From assembly GCF_006345805.1 (NCBI RefSeq), contig NW_021832430.1, positions 372,001 through 436,000 of the forward strand: 64,000 nucleotides of DNA, given 5' to 3'. Below are positions 50,811-64,000 of the stretch, piece after piece. The notes below the pieces were generated by a model. That model saw only the letters and a program-made list of their open reading frames with translations, searched no databases and was not told where the DNA came from. This DNA comes from Octopus sinensis. Lineage: Eukaryota. The position numbers were made by a program, and so were the translations under genes. Numbering within the stretch: position 1 is the stretch's first letter; every line of letters begins with the position of its first letter.

Positions 50811-52437
50811 TAAGATTAACTCCGAATACCCATGGTCTGGAAAAAATCTGTTATCATTCCAATTCTGAAGCCCAACAAGGACCCCTGCGACCCCGCCTCG
50901 TTCAGGCCAATCTTACTCATCTCTGTCCTATCAAAAATCCTCGAAAAATTTGTCCTGAAATCAATCTACCCTTTCCTCACTCTATCAAAGTCACAGCATG
51001 GCTTCCGTCCGCAGCACTCAACAACTACACACCTATCTTATCTAACAAGATTCATCGCAGACGGATTTAATAACTACTCCCCTCCCCATCGAACTATCCT
51101 GGCCTCAATTGATATCAGTAAGGCTTTTGACCGGACTTCATGACATGTCCTGAGCTCAAAAATTCACTCTTCTCCTATTCCCCATAATCTGAAAATCTGG
51201 CTGTGTAGCTTCCTATCTGGTAGACTGGCTCAGACAAAATTCGGGTCAAAAAACTCCAGATTCCGCTACTTACCTAATGGGGTCCCTCAGGGCTCCTGTC
51301 TCTCTCCAGCCCTCTTCAATCTACACCTCAGTGATATGCCTACTAATTCGGAAACATTACTCCTCTCGTACGCTGACGACATAGTGATTGCTTCAAGAAA
51401 CAATTCCATCGAAGCTGCAACAAACTCACTTCAAACTCATCTAGACTCTGACCAAATGGCTAGGATCTAACCATATGACTCCTTCTGCGTCCAAATCGTC
51501 CATCACTGTTTTTACATCTGATAAAAGACAATTCAACCTAAACCCAGTCCTCGATGTGGCCGGCGAAATAATTCCCGTCATAAAAAACCCGAAAATCCTT
51601 GGAGTCGTATTCGATCAATGCCTATCTTTCACGCAACACGTGGAGCTCATTTCCACCAAAGCCAAACGAAAACTGAATGCACTACGTGCCTTATCTGGAC
51701 AAACTTACGGCCAAGCCAAAGAATGCCTCACTTTGGTTTACAAACAATTTGTCAGAACATCTATGAACTATGCTAGTCCAGCATGGTCATGGAACTTGTC
51801 TCATTCAAACCTCCAAAAACTCCAAAGAATTCAAAACTCAGGGCTACGCACAATAACTGGCTGTCTTGCATCCACTCCCATCGATCATCTCCATTGGGAG
51901 TCCTGTATCCTTCCGGTCGATGACCATTTGACGATGAGAGGACTCCAATTCCTACAGGAAATACAAGATTCTTCTCATCCAAGTCACAAAATCTCTATTC
52001 CAGAAAACAAAAGACACATCATTTCTACTCTGGCCGATCAATGTAGATGTCTATCAAAAATACTCTCAACCAACAATGGGAAAACTGCGAATAAACTAAT
52101 CCATGACTACATCTCCACTCGTGCTATCAGGATGCTCAAAAACAACAAACTTCTCAACTCTCCCCCCCCCGCCGGTCCACTCCTCAGAGCAATCACTCGG
52201 CAGATATCTCCGTGTCCAGCTTGCTCAGATTCGCTCGGGACATCATCCACTCATTTTTGAAACATACCGTTCCTTCACCCCCGAAGACCTCTTCCCCTGT
52301 CCTGGACCGCCTCACTTGTCTCCGCCTATTGGGATTCGGGATCTCTGGGAGCGCCCGATCTTCGCGTCTCGCTACCTGATTGCAGCCGGCTTCCTACGTG
52401 TTAGTGAAGCCGGGGTAACATAACTAACTAACTAACT
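50810..52437 (+). mobile_element. 5'-truncated Ingi/Vingi-like LINE (family B-related)
   Basis: WKKSVIIP..SFRPI..QHGFR..DISKAFD, GVPQGSCLSP, YADD, C-terminal ORF 51475-52260, 3' hairpin and (TAAC)n tail. Confidence 0.92.
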
Positions 52438-52547
52438 AAAATTAACTCCCTCCTTAACTTATGGGGTGACCCTAAGAAGTTTTTCGGTTTTCTTCATGCC
52501 GCATTCCTCCCAATTTCAGGGAGAAATCGGGTTAGATAAATAAACAG
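52438..52547 (+). mobile_element. 110-bp family C LINE 3' tip directly after the tail of the previous LINE
   Basis: Matches the reverse complement of 22745-22850. Confidence 0.8.
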
Positions 52548-53439
52548 TGACCGACCTGCTACAATAAAACATTTTAACTCTTGACTGCTTGACAAAGATT
52601 TAAACTAATTTTTAACAATTTCATTAATTTTTATAGACCGGGCTGTAAAAAAAGACGTGTCACGCTTATGCTCGGCGGCAATTGTATCAATATCAGTGAA
52701 ATCTCACACGAATAGTATTTTTCAAATGTGAAATAGCTTTTATTTATTACAAAAAGACACGCCGACTGATATCTAAGATTTCCTTATCAGCGGTTCCTTA
52801 ATGAATTCTTAGAATTATCATTTTTACTCCAGTTGCTCATAAATAAATTAATTTTTTACTTTTTATTAGACCTAAGAGATTTTAGTATCATAAAATTTTA
52901 AATAAAACTCTTTGGGAAAGTTGACCAACATCATATGATGGTTTTTAGTCAAACCAGAAAGCTCGATACTTCAAACTCTCAATCAACAAAACTACTCTTT
53001 ATTAGACAGTCAAAACAAATCACAAACAGGAAAGACCAAAGATATATTTAAAATTAAACTTATTTTAACTGTTCTTTACTTTTTTAATGGTTTCTAGAGA
53101 ACCTTCTTGTTATGTCAAACGAAAATCCCCGGGAGAGAATAAAAATGTTATTAAGTTCCAATTGATGTTGTCCATTTTCTTTAAGGAAGTCTTCTTTCTA
53201 CAAATATTAGGAGATAAAAATCTTGTTTTCCCACTAATCGATGTTTAATATGTGGTCTGATTTAAAAACTCAATTTCTACACTAAAAAAGAAATGTTAAC
53301 AGTAATTTTAAGCACTATTGTTGCAAAATAAAAATTTCCGTTAGAAATATTTAAATAGTCTGCTTAGGATGAATTTTTTAAGAAAGATCTTGAGGTTTTT
53401 CTGACCTATTTGACCTGAATTAAACTAAATAAATTCATC

Positions 53440-53975
53440 CATCCTGAGAGTAAAAACACAATTTAAAAAATAAAATATGATTTTACGTGGATAATAGTTT
53501 ATTTAAAAAAATTAGCAACAGAATTGTTGACCCTCCCCAAAGCATCTCCTTGTCTTACAGAGTTAAGATCACTGAAACGGGATTTTCGAGGGACGTTTCC
53601 AGATTTTTTCCTTTTTTGAGCCTCCACGTTAAATTCAAGGGAATCCTTAGAATAAGAATTGAATCAATCGATTGTTTTTTGCAGAACATAATGAACCTCG
53701 TCATCGAAGATATTCCGTAGCTTCGCCGGAATCTTATCATTCTTAAGTTAGGTTATTCAAGGTCAAGACAACCATGCTGACTGTATTTATCTCTTTAAAC
53801 GATTCGGAAATGGGGGTTTCATCAATTTGAGTGAAATTATCAATTATTTTCATTAATTTTTGATATTCCTCATCAATGTTAGGACTTGATTAATTAAGTA
53901 AAGGTATACTTAAGAGGTTCGGGAATTAACTTTAAATTGTGACGAATTTCTTTAATTTCTTTATTATATTCCATA
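53440..53975 (-). CDS. Hypothetical spliced gene
   Basis: MEYNKEIKEIRHNL.. can be chained across plausible GT-AG introns to ..NKLLST*. No family recognised. Confidence 0.35.
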
Positions 53976-55050
53976 ATTTCTAAATTAACTCAAGCATGAA
54001 AATACAGACACAACAAAAGAATACGTAAGTTCAAATAATAATTTTACAACTCTTTTGGGATCAAAATTATTAAAAATTATATAATAAATTTTACATAATC
54101 CAAAGTGATCATTCAATGATTCTTGGTGCAAAGAAAAAAATCAAAATGATTATTCAATTATTCTTGGTGCGCATTAATTGGTCTTTGCTCAAATAAAGTG
54201 TGTTTTCCCTATGCGGGGCTATAAAGTACTACGACTATTGTGATAAGGGTAATAATAAGAAAATTAGAGACTTGAATGATAGAATATCTGATAATTATAA
54301 AAATCTGGAATTATAAGAATTTTTTTGATTTTATACTTCAAACTCTGAAGAGTGCCAATATTTATAAATTAGTTCTTTTTGTTCCTTAGTATTCCACTAG
54401 AAATAATTCACCCTGAAAATGCTGAAAAAAATTTTTACTAAGAAGTTGTGTAAATGGATATAATTCGCTCTTTAAAAAAATAGTTGAGCTAATTCTAACG
54501 ACATCCAGTAAAAACATCTTTTTGAATAGTTACCTTAAGCAATGTTTTGGAAAAAATCTATAGTTGCCGCCCTTAAACAAATTAAGTTTGTGTCTTGTTG
54601 TCTTGTCTCTTTTGTTCCGTAGTTTCGAAAATAGTTAAAGGAGTCGTTTCGAAGAAAATTCAGCAATTTTTACAACTTTTAAATACCAACACGACTTTCA
54701 CTTATTTGATTCAACATCTTACCTCGGCTCACTGACTCGGTTCAGTGCTTACAATTTGAACTCGAATCCGTCGGAACGCAAGTCCTTGTGTCAATTTACC
54801 GAAAAAGGAGATTCGATTGCAAATGCTGTCCTATTTGTGAAACAAAATTTAAGCTTTGAAAATTCCTGACCGTCTCAAGTTTAGCTTACTTCTATTTGAC
54901 TTTCACCGCTTTTTTTCTAGTCGACCAGATACCTTTGAGAGCGACCACTAATAGCTGGCTGTCTTTTGATAGCCCAGACTTCCTACATTATTACAAAGTT
55001 ATAGTTTTTTAGACCAAAAAAAACATGAAAGAAATGTTTTCTAATTTAAA

Positions 55051-55375
55051 TTAGTCGCCGAGCAGATGGACATGCATTCCTTGTAGTATCGCGAACGATA
55101 TCCGTTGAAAAAACCAGCTCGTTTTACGACCATCGTGACTCCTCCTAGTGATGGCTGAAACAATCTCTAAGAATAGTTTGAGCGCTTTGGGTCCAATTAT
55201 CCAACTGATCTCGAAAGCCAGGGGGATGAAGCAGGGGGATGAATCATGATCCAAGACGGGAAGCAGAGTCGATCATCGATGATGAGAAAAATGAGTCTAC
55301 GCAAATAACATCCCACACGAGGGCTAGTTTCTCCCTGAACGGGAATAAAGTCAACCCATCGGGGCGTTTCTGTCC
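55051..55375 (-). mobile_element. CRE-clade RLE 3' fragment, decayed
   Basis: RPDGLTLFP..LVWDVICVD..FIPLAFE..FQRISFAILQG. Confidence 0.75.
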
Positions 55376-55510
55376 CAGTTTGAATTAATTCTATGATAAA
55401 TATAAAACACGATTCTATAAAAAAATTTATTTAATTGAACCTTTTTAAATAATTGAATTTTGGCATGATTATAAATGAAATAAATATTAATTTGGTTCTT
55501 GTTGTCACTA

Positions 55511-56174
55511 ATGGCGAATCAGACTTTGAAAGGTGCGGTCTCTATTCATGGTTCTAACCCTCAAACTGTCATTGATAAAATAATAAGATCCCGTATCTAC
55601 GAATCAAGATACTGGAAAGAGGAATGCTTCGCCCTGACAGGTTGATTATCCCAATAACACATTATATAGCCGAATCATTGGTGGACAATGCACTGGCCCT
55701 TAAATGCATTGGCGGAGTATTCGGTGGGACCATTAATCCTACCAATTTTCTCTGTCTAGTACTTAAACTACTTCAAATCCAGCCAGATTATGAAATTATT
55801 ATCGAATATATGAATAACGAGTTCAAGTATTTTTTTATTTTCATTTTAGATACCTCCGGGCATTGGGAGCCTTCTATGCACGTCTCACGTTTAGCAATGT
55901 AGACTGCTATCAATGTCTTGAACCGCTTTATGCGGACTATAGGAAACTCAAAATGCAGAATCGAGATGGAAGTAATCCCCTTCCTTTATTTGTAGAGTAT
56001 TCAATTATCCATATGGATGAGTATATTCACATGCTACTCAGGAATGAGCGAGTCTTTGATGTCATTATGCCCAGATTGTCTAAACGTACAGTTCTTGAAG
56101 ATTTGGGAAGTTTGGGACCTCGCGTTAATTTTATTGAAAACGAATATTTTGAAGATTCACAGAACCAAAATTGA
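55511..56174 (+). CDS. PRPF38A: Pre-mRNA splicing factor 38A, 195 aa, three introns (29, 23 and 24 nt)
   Basis: MANQTLKGAVSIHGSNPQ..IRSRIYESRYWKEECF..FLCLVLKLLQIQP..LEPLYADYRK; introns at 55641-69, 55827-49 and 55972-95. Confidence 0.96.
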
Positions 56175-56339
56175 TGTTTTATTTGTTTATACGAATGGCG
56201 TGCTTCATTGATTCTTTACTGAAATTTAATATAAATATAATTTTTGAATGCTTGCTTAACTTAACTATAATGTGTGGTGCACAAATTCTAATTTAATGAG
56301 TGGTTAAGGCGCACAAATTTAACGTCTTTATGGCTTCTG

Positions 56340-56900
56340 CGCCCATAGGGGTCTAAAGATGCGTGGGGACAAGTGCAGTGTTCTCAAAGTCTGTAAAAGG
56401 ACGAGGAGTTACACTAATTACGTCCCTAGGTTATTGCTGAACGGGTCAGCAATTGCTGGAGTTGATCGGATGACTTATTTGGGCGTGCTCTTTAAGCCGT
56501 CCGGTAAGTTTGATGATCACATTGCACGTACGAAAATGCGTGCAAAGCAGCGATTAGACGCGTTGCGTGTTTTCCGGCTGCGAAGAGGTGCTTGGCTACG
56601 CGTGTTTAACGCCATGGTGTTACCCGTGTTGACCTATGGCGTTCATGCCTGGCACTTCTGCGAGGACCGGAAGAAGTACGTTGACGCGCTCAAGAAAGTC
56701 AGAAGACGAGCCATCCGGCTAGCCCATGGCTTAGGATGGCGAGAGGAGCTCTCGGACACCCAGGAATTGTCCCTCAAAGGCCTCCCTGAGGTCTTAGATA
56801 AGATAATGTCTAGGTGGCAGGTAAGGCGGTCAGTTTTAGTTTGCGGCTGAGAGGCGAGCGTGTGTGCGGGACTGAAAAGGCAGGAATGCCGAAGGTCTTA
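56340..56900 (+). mobile_element. 5'-truncated APE-type LINE, C-terminal portion (clade unresolved)
   Basis: GC-rich 163-aa open frame with TYLGVLF..F..HI and VFNAMVLPVLTYG..AW. Confidence 0.75.
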
Positions 56901-57120
56901 ATATACCCTCTACTAACAGCCTTTTTAATATAAAAATTTTTCGTTTCGTTTCTGAATAACCTCAGAAAATAAGGTTTAGAAGTTCGTCACAGAGTAGTCA
57001 AAATCTGAAATTTTTATTTGGGACCAGTGAAAATTTAGAATTTATAGTTATCGTGAATAAGTAAACAAACACTACATTTGGGTGTATTGAAATTATTTAT
57101 TTGAAAGAATATAACTGTGA

Positions 57121-58826
57121 CTAATCAGCAATACACTCCTCTGGTCGATCTGAACTATAACTCGCTGTTATTTCGTCGATAAATTCCTCAGGGGAGACTT
57201 GCTCTATCGGGAAAATATTCTTCTCTAGTAAATGTATGCAGCCCTCTGGCACACACATACCACACCTCGCAACAATACTCCAAAACTCTCTTTCAATTAT
57301 TGAATCGGGAAATTCAAATTCGTGATCGACCAGGATTTCTCTGAATAAACGAGAAAAGCAATCGAATTTCTCTTGATTAATAAGCCGTTTGAACACATCG
57401 ATGCACTCAATCTGTGCTGCCTCTGTAACAGAAGGCAGACAAATCAAGTCTATCAATAATGGCAAAAAATGTGGGATCAGATCCACGTCCCCGTTCATAA
57501 ATACCCCAATAAATCTGATTTCCACTATCATAAGTTCACAGAAGTGTGACTGGGCAAGACATGGAAACCAAAAAGCAGTTCCTCGTATGAGCAACTCTGA
57601 TCCCAGTCTTTCCATGGCGCTGTAAATTGACTGCATTAAGACTGTCTGGAATAGTTGCCTTTCTATACCTTGCCAACAAGGGAGGGAATATAGAGTCGAC
57701 TCAGTCTCGCAAATATCTCGACATCGGAAACATGTCTCAACAGTGACGAAATCAACTTGACATTCCAAAGATCAAAAGAGAGCATTTCATCCATCTCAAA
57801 ATATCGTACTGAATCAAGCACATAAAAAGACAAACGACAAGGCTAAACATCATTAGACATAGCGACCTGTGTTGAGACAGCTAGTTTATTAAATATTTGC
57901 AGCATGTTTTTCTTATACGAAAGAGGCCGGCCGCATAGATCTGGGAATGGCAGGGATACAACAAAAGACACGACTTTATCCGTCCAGGCCGACAGGCACT
58001 CCCCTTTAAGCCAGTAAAGGGCACTTCCAATTATTGAAAGAGACGTGGAGAAATCTGGTGTTTCCAAAAAAGTCCAAAAAACTGGACTCAAGTCAGATTT
58101 AGTAATATAGCACACCATAACGGAGGCCCGGACAGAATCGGCAGATGGAATGGAAGAAAAGTAGACCATGCATGAGTTGAGGAGTTTGACTATTGAGGGC
58201 CACAACAACTGGCCCCTGTAAAGACTATAAATCAAGTCAACTATTCTGAATAAAGAAAAATGTTCATTTAAGCCTGCAACCATAAATGACCACAATTACC
58301 GTTATGGCAGGCCGATAAAGAGGTTTCAAGCCAGTTTTCTAACAATTTAAAACCGTTGGAGTATTTGTATAAATTATTAGCCATTTCAAGAGATTCCCGG
58401 ACGACATAAATGTTTTTTGACACCAAAGTAAAATGACCAACGAGGACCGCTTCGATATCTAAAATTTCGCAAAATTAGTTATTTTATTTATTCAAATAAA
58501 CCGTCAATTTCAATCTTGGTCTGTTGAAATAATAAATTTATGCAACAGAAAAATGCGAACTGAATTGCAGTTATTTTAGAATGATTAATAAATATTTTAA
58601 TAACATTTTTAGCATCGTTTTTATGTGCATTAACAAACATGCGCAAATAAAGAATTTTGTGGTAATTTTCATCATTTTTTAAATCGCGGGACAATTCGTC
58701 CAATAACTCCAATTCAATATTTGATACTGCATAGATTTTTGCCAATTTAGCCAAAATACTTCTTCCGCTTAGAATCAGAGGGATTTTATCAATTATGGCT
58801 AAAATTTTACGAAATCTGTCTATCAT
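57121..58826 (-). CDS. Hypothetical helical-repeat-like protein (probably one gene)
   Basis: Same-strand ORFs of 112, 150 and 215 aa in series. No family recognised. Confidence 0.55.
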
Positions 58827-59454
58827 GACTACACATTGAACTCTCTTAACTAGAAATATAAATTCGAAATTAATTTTAATTTCTGTAATAAAATATATTT
58901 AGTTAAATAACTAATGTAAAAAAATTAAAGTTTGAATATAAGTTACCTCGAAATAATTTGTGACCTATTTAACCTAATGTTCAATTTCTAACAAAGCAGC
59001 TGACGAAATCGATGGTTTCTATGAAGAATAGCCCGGACTTTTAGTGATCAAAGTGATTCTCCCTTTATTCATGTGAAGGCATCCATATATTTAGCCAACA
59101 GAAGGAATTTTATAATTTAGACGTTATATATGGCACCACGTCATACTTAAAGAATGACACAAGCTTTGACACCATTTAAGAGAAATTTCTGAGAGCGAAC
59201 TGACATCATCTGATGGTATATCTTTGTTATTTTCTCAGTCATATTTGTAATCTACTTTGAAAAGTTTGTACAAAGAGGTGATTTTATGATATAATGCATT
59301 ACTAGGCTTTTTCAATCTACAATTAATAAAAAAATATTAGCATAGACAAGATTAATACTTTCTTGTGGACTGTTTTATAGACACAATTAATCTATTTTTT
59401 GAAATAATAAAATTATATGTATTTGGGGGCAGTCGGTGATATAAATATATCTAA

Positions 59455-60345
59455 TTACAGAATATGCACCAAACCATTTATAATCGTGGTCCAATCAACG
59501 AGGACGTGGGTGATCGTGGCCACAATCGGTCGTTGCTTAGCATTGTTCTTTGTGCGAAGATAGTCGAGGCAAACTCCCATCGATGACCCCTCGCGAAATC
59601 CCTCAAAGTAACAGTGGGCCTTCTTTGAGTTCGTTTTTTTCCCGAATCTGGACAAAATGCTCGATTTTTTTGCAGATTTCTGTCAAATAAAAGGAATAAA
59701 GAAACATATGAACAAGATAAGACTACGTAGTCAGTTTCCCCCTGAAAGATGACGTAGTTCTTATCAGAATTGACGTCCAATGCCACCAACTCATAGACAA
59801 GAGTTTCCCCCGGCCACACGACGATTCTATCAAAAATCTATAAATGTCACAGGATCATAACATCTTGATGGTTTTCGTTCGGAAAGAACAGGTTGGGGTA
59901 GGACGATTGTGTAGTCTCCTCGATGATGTCCATTCTGTAAGAATTCGAGTGGATGGGGACGACCTGGAATGGTTTTAACAAACAACCAACGTCTGAGGCC
60001 TGCACACGAAGTTGGTTGACTCCTGGGGACCGCACTCCAGATGTGAGTACATATTGGTACTACATTATTCACTGAAATTACTTCGTGCATTAGGAAATTT
60101 AAATAAAATGATTTTTCAAAATCAACCGAATCAAAGCAAATGGCCGGCATGTTTACTCCTTTACGAACTGCTTCGGCGATCTGCTGATTTTATTTTTATG
60201 CAAAAATACTCCTTTCTCATCAGACTTGACAAGAAATAGTAGGTCATCCTTTGGGTCATTGGTATCAATGGCACAGTACTTTTCGAAAAAAAGTGTTTTC
60301 AGTTCATTTTTTACTTTAAATGTTAAAATTGCAGCAATCACCAGA
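59455..60345 (-). CDS. KIAA0930: KIAA0930-like protein; ends approximate
   Basis: FFEKY..KDDLLFLVK, VDFEKSFYLNFLMHE, SYPNLFF, GETLVYELVA..VIFQG..Y match recalled KIAA0930 blocks. Confidence 0.8.
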
Positions 60346-60559
60346 TTTTGAGCTAATTATTCGGGAAACTCTTTCGAAAAGTGCACATTCATTCATATTC
60401 AAATATCTTATATTTATTTTTTAAATATAAATAATATACCTAATCTAATTTTTGTTAAAACCTTTAACCTAAGTCAGTAATTTTGTATTGTTAAAATTAA
60501 TAAACAAATTAATAAGTAGTTTTTTGAAGTATAAAAAAAGTTAACATCTGGCTTTGTTT

Positions 60560-62050
60560 GTCATTTAACTTTATTTGGACTTTTTTTTAATTAATCTGAT
60601 GTTATTGTCTTCAAACACAAGCAGACAAAGATATTTAAGCTCTATTCGATTTTCTAAAACTCACTTATTTAGTATATATCTTTGTTCAGAGCATATAGCT
60701 TTGCTTTGTTCAGCTTTATCCAAAAGATTGGTCTATAGTGGCATTTCTTTTGCCAAACTTTTTAGTAGTTCTTGCCAACAAATCTGTACCAAAGTCAAAA
60801 CTATTCAGGATAATATAAAATTAAATAAATCTTTTGGCAGCCTTTTTGGAAAGCATTGCTTTATATCTCAAAGGAGGCGAATTTCCGCGACCTAAATTAC
60901 CTCTTGTAAAGATCATTTTTCTCCGACTTGGTAATATTTACGTGCACAATTTTCAGAGAATATTTCAAATCATTTATAGGAATTATGGATAAAACAAAAT
61001 TATCAATGTTTTCAAATAATTACTAATAAATATTAAACAGTTAATTCAGAAGCACGGCGTTTGTTACGTGCTTTAATGTTGGGTTGTTTCTTCCATCCTT
61101 TGTCGAGAGAAGAAATACCTCCAGAGATATCGGAATTGTTCGACTGACTGGATTCGGTTGTTACATTCTGCTCACTTAAAAAATGATTTGACTATAAATT
61201 TACTTTTGCGTTGATTCACTGGAATATTCCTCGACGGAATATAACCCTTCCTTATCCAAAATTCCTAACTTTTTTTTCAAAACTGCGAGACGATCGTTCA
61301 TAAGTTTCTGCAAAATAATCAGAATCATTACAGTAGATAACTTATGTTTATTTATTTTAATATGTTTTTGACATATCTCGGAAATGGCCCTACGAATATA
61401 TTTTCACTAAACTTATTGGTAAAGATCCCGTTACTAAGAATTTCATCTGATACATTAACAAGAAACTCCGCGTAGTCTTCTGAATTTTGACTAATATTAG
61501 CAAAATCCTGATTGACGTCATTGTTCTGAAATTCTTCGTCATCAAACTTCTCTGACAATTGATTATTTGACGAAGGGTTTGAAGCAATTACAGATTCAGG
61601 TTTATTGACTATTTCAATTTTTGATTGTTCTGGTGATTTGATCGCCAGCGGAGGTTGTGTATTTATTTCAAGTATTTCATTTGGTCTGTTCTTCTTGATT
61701 GAACGGTAACATTTGCTTGAAATGTCAATTTGTTTTAAACGTGTTTGAAGCAAGTCTTGAAGTCGCACTTGTTTTTTTTATCCTGGGGTGAAAAGGTCTT
61801 TCTTCCACAAACGACTTGGGGAATCTCTCGATGACGTCTCCAGATTTTTCTCTCTCCTTTACAGAATCCGGAATGGCGTGAAAATCTAGATTATGGATCG
61901 GAGAAGTGTTTAAAACTTGGACTCAGTCTTTTCTGTCTTAGAATGTGAATCATGTCGTTTCTCTTCATGTTTAAAAGATATTCTATTATAAAATACTTTT
62001 TTTACCTGTGGAAAGCTGCAAGTCTGATTTTTCGCTACACAAGGAGCTGG
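60560..62050 (-). CDS. Hypothetical spliced gene
   Basis: 138-aa ORF 61352-61768 plus flanking short frames and candidate micro-introns. No family recognised. Confidence 0.3.
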
Positions 62051-63150
62051 TCTGTTGTGTAAATGTAATCAAATAATTACCGATTTTAAATTAAACTGAC
62101 TTTTGAGATATATTTCAACCGGCGTAGAGTTTCGCCTATTTTGGGCTTGAATTGAATAAATTGGGCTTACAAATCAAAAAACTTTTCGGAATTGTATTAT
62201 CAATAGTTGCTAAAAATAATAAATGGCATCAACATTTTGCTCTTTCAACTCGTCGGATGTGATTTACCATGGTACGAGAGACCAATATTTGGTCAATATA
62301 TCTACTGGATGGGAAAAGAAAGGCTAATCTATGTATCATAATTTCATTTACTGTTATCCCTGTCGCCTGTACTGTGAAAATTTAAAAGCGAAGAGTTTCT
62401 TCTCATCTAATGAGCAATTCGTAAATACAAATACGTTACTATGATAACATAGGTTTCTCGCCAAATTATCACATTTATTAAAATACAATTTAACTAACTT
62501 TATTGTACAATTAATATTAAAGTCCGGCTGATAAGAAAAATTTTAATATCAGAAATATAACCAACTTTCATTCAAAACAGTTATAAATTATATCTTTAAA
62601 GCAATTATGCCTTCGAATTCAGACAGGTTTTCCAGGCTCTATCAAATAAATAGTATCATCTCTTTTCCAGTTATCCATTCAAATTAACAATGATTATTTA
62701 TAAGACTGCACGAAATACGTCATCAAACAATTTTCTCACTATATTGTTGAACAAAACTAGGGAAAACGCCTGGTTACAAAATTCGAGGCTAGATTTAAAT
62801 TAGCTAAACCATATCCTCAATAGTGAAATGAATCTTTGGGTTTTTAAAAAATCGTCAAATTTCTAAATAGTTTTTTGGATATCCTGTTAATGCTTCATGA
62901 AAGTATCGCGGCATCATAAAATTAAATTTTGAAAATTTTCACAAATCCTCAAACAAATTCACTTGAGCTTCAGGAAACGTCATTAAAGCCTAATATTTTA
63001 ATAGATCCACCTGTTGGTTTTTAAAGTGAAAGTTTTACCTTGAGTTAATACAGCATATGATCGTGACATCATAGGCAGTCTGGTGTGCCAATTACCCATG
63101 CTTAATTTAATCATTGCGTTTTATATAATAGGAATTATACGCTTGTTGTC

Positions 63151-63965
63151 CTAATGATACTTACTATTGTCTTTCGAAATAAAATATACAACAAATTGGT
63201 GGATAATAATGCCACATTCGCTCACGTCTTGAAAGATTTTTTGATTGAAAATATGAAACTTGTCGAAATGTGCACAAATGATATGGATTCGTATTACTTC
63301 AAATACAAAGGAGGGAAACTTGAAAATAGTTGGAGAGTCAAAGAGATTATTATATTGAACTATAGCAGAGTCACCGTTATGTCTCGACATGAGTCTAACA
63401 CTTCAATATTGATTCAGTGTGATGTGCCAATTCCGAAAATGATCGAATTACATAAACAAGTTGACGAAATCACCGTCGCTCAACTGCGAGAGATCATGAG
63501 TGAAAGGACTGGGATTCCCGTCTGTCTTATATATATCCTCAAAGACAAGAAGACTGTCCTCTTTGATCAGTACAATTTGGTTGAATACGGTATCACTCGA
63601 CAAACACTTCTGGAGATGAAGGTCATCTCTGAATGGGAGGAATTTGTCAAAATGGTCATCGTTAGACAGTGTTCTTGGGTTGAGAAAAATCTTTCTAGCA
63701 ATCCCGTAATATACAATTTCCAAATAAAGGTTTTCATAAAAAATATTTTTCAGGTAGCTCTATATCTTGGCACATGGTATAACCTTGTCGATCTCATCAT
63801 TTTTTGCCTCGAACTCAGAGCCAAGCCTTGTGAATCTATTAGTAGTATTCCTGGGAGAGAATGGTGTATAAGTGAGAGTTTGGTGGACACTTTGACCACT
63901 CCAGCACATCTTGCCGCCAAATTAGGAAACTTGAGAGTTCTCAAACTATTTGTCCGACAAAACAT
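63151..63965 (-). CDS. Hypothetical gene, probably extending beyond the window
   Basis: Three consecutive minus-strand ORFs (71, 91 and 79 aa). No family recognised. Confidence 0.4.
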
Positions 63966-64000
63966 ATCATGTCTTCTCTCAAAAAATAAAACAGGGAGGA

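Noticed and set aside
52438-52547. Independent small RNA gene or SINE repeated at 22.8 and 52.5 kb
   Set aside because: At 22.8 kb it continues the LINE reading frame after the CCHC motif, so it is a LINE 3' end.

Overview
AT-rich animal genomic DNA, not prokaryotic. It alternates between two kinds of sequence. (1) Compact islands of conserved genes broken by many 22-32 nt GT-AG introns: SCAPER, RAPGEF2/6, DDX42, HID1, VWA3A, MSH6, a ZMYND15-like gene, PRPF38A, KIAA0930, an SLC6 pseudogene and several hypothetical genes. (2) Nested transposon blocks: Ingi/Vingi-like APE-RT LINEs, CRE- and R4-like RLE LINEs, RTE-like LINEs, Tc1, hAT, a Ginger-like integrase, MITEs and a tRNA-SINE. Tiny introns plus a retained cilia-associated gene (VWA3A) suggest a reduced ciliated metazoan such as a dicyemid; this is inference only. 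The most notable signal is at the 5' end of two divergent Ingi/Vingi-like LINEs. Each starts with a hand-foldable HDV-like ribozyme whose J1/2 strand holds an in-frame ATG, so the ribozyme would be translated as a leader and then released by a 2A (GDVExNPGP) ribosome-skip site placed just before the endonuclease. Other highlights: a TSD-flanked 5'-inverted LINE, a TIR-bounded intact RLE nuclease ORF nested in a CRE element, a transposase gene with host-style micro-introns, family-specific 3' hairpins, and a 21-bp heptad-coding array. All family calls come from recalled motifs and manual alignment; no database search was run. Gene ends marked approximate are uncertain.
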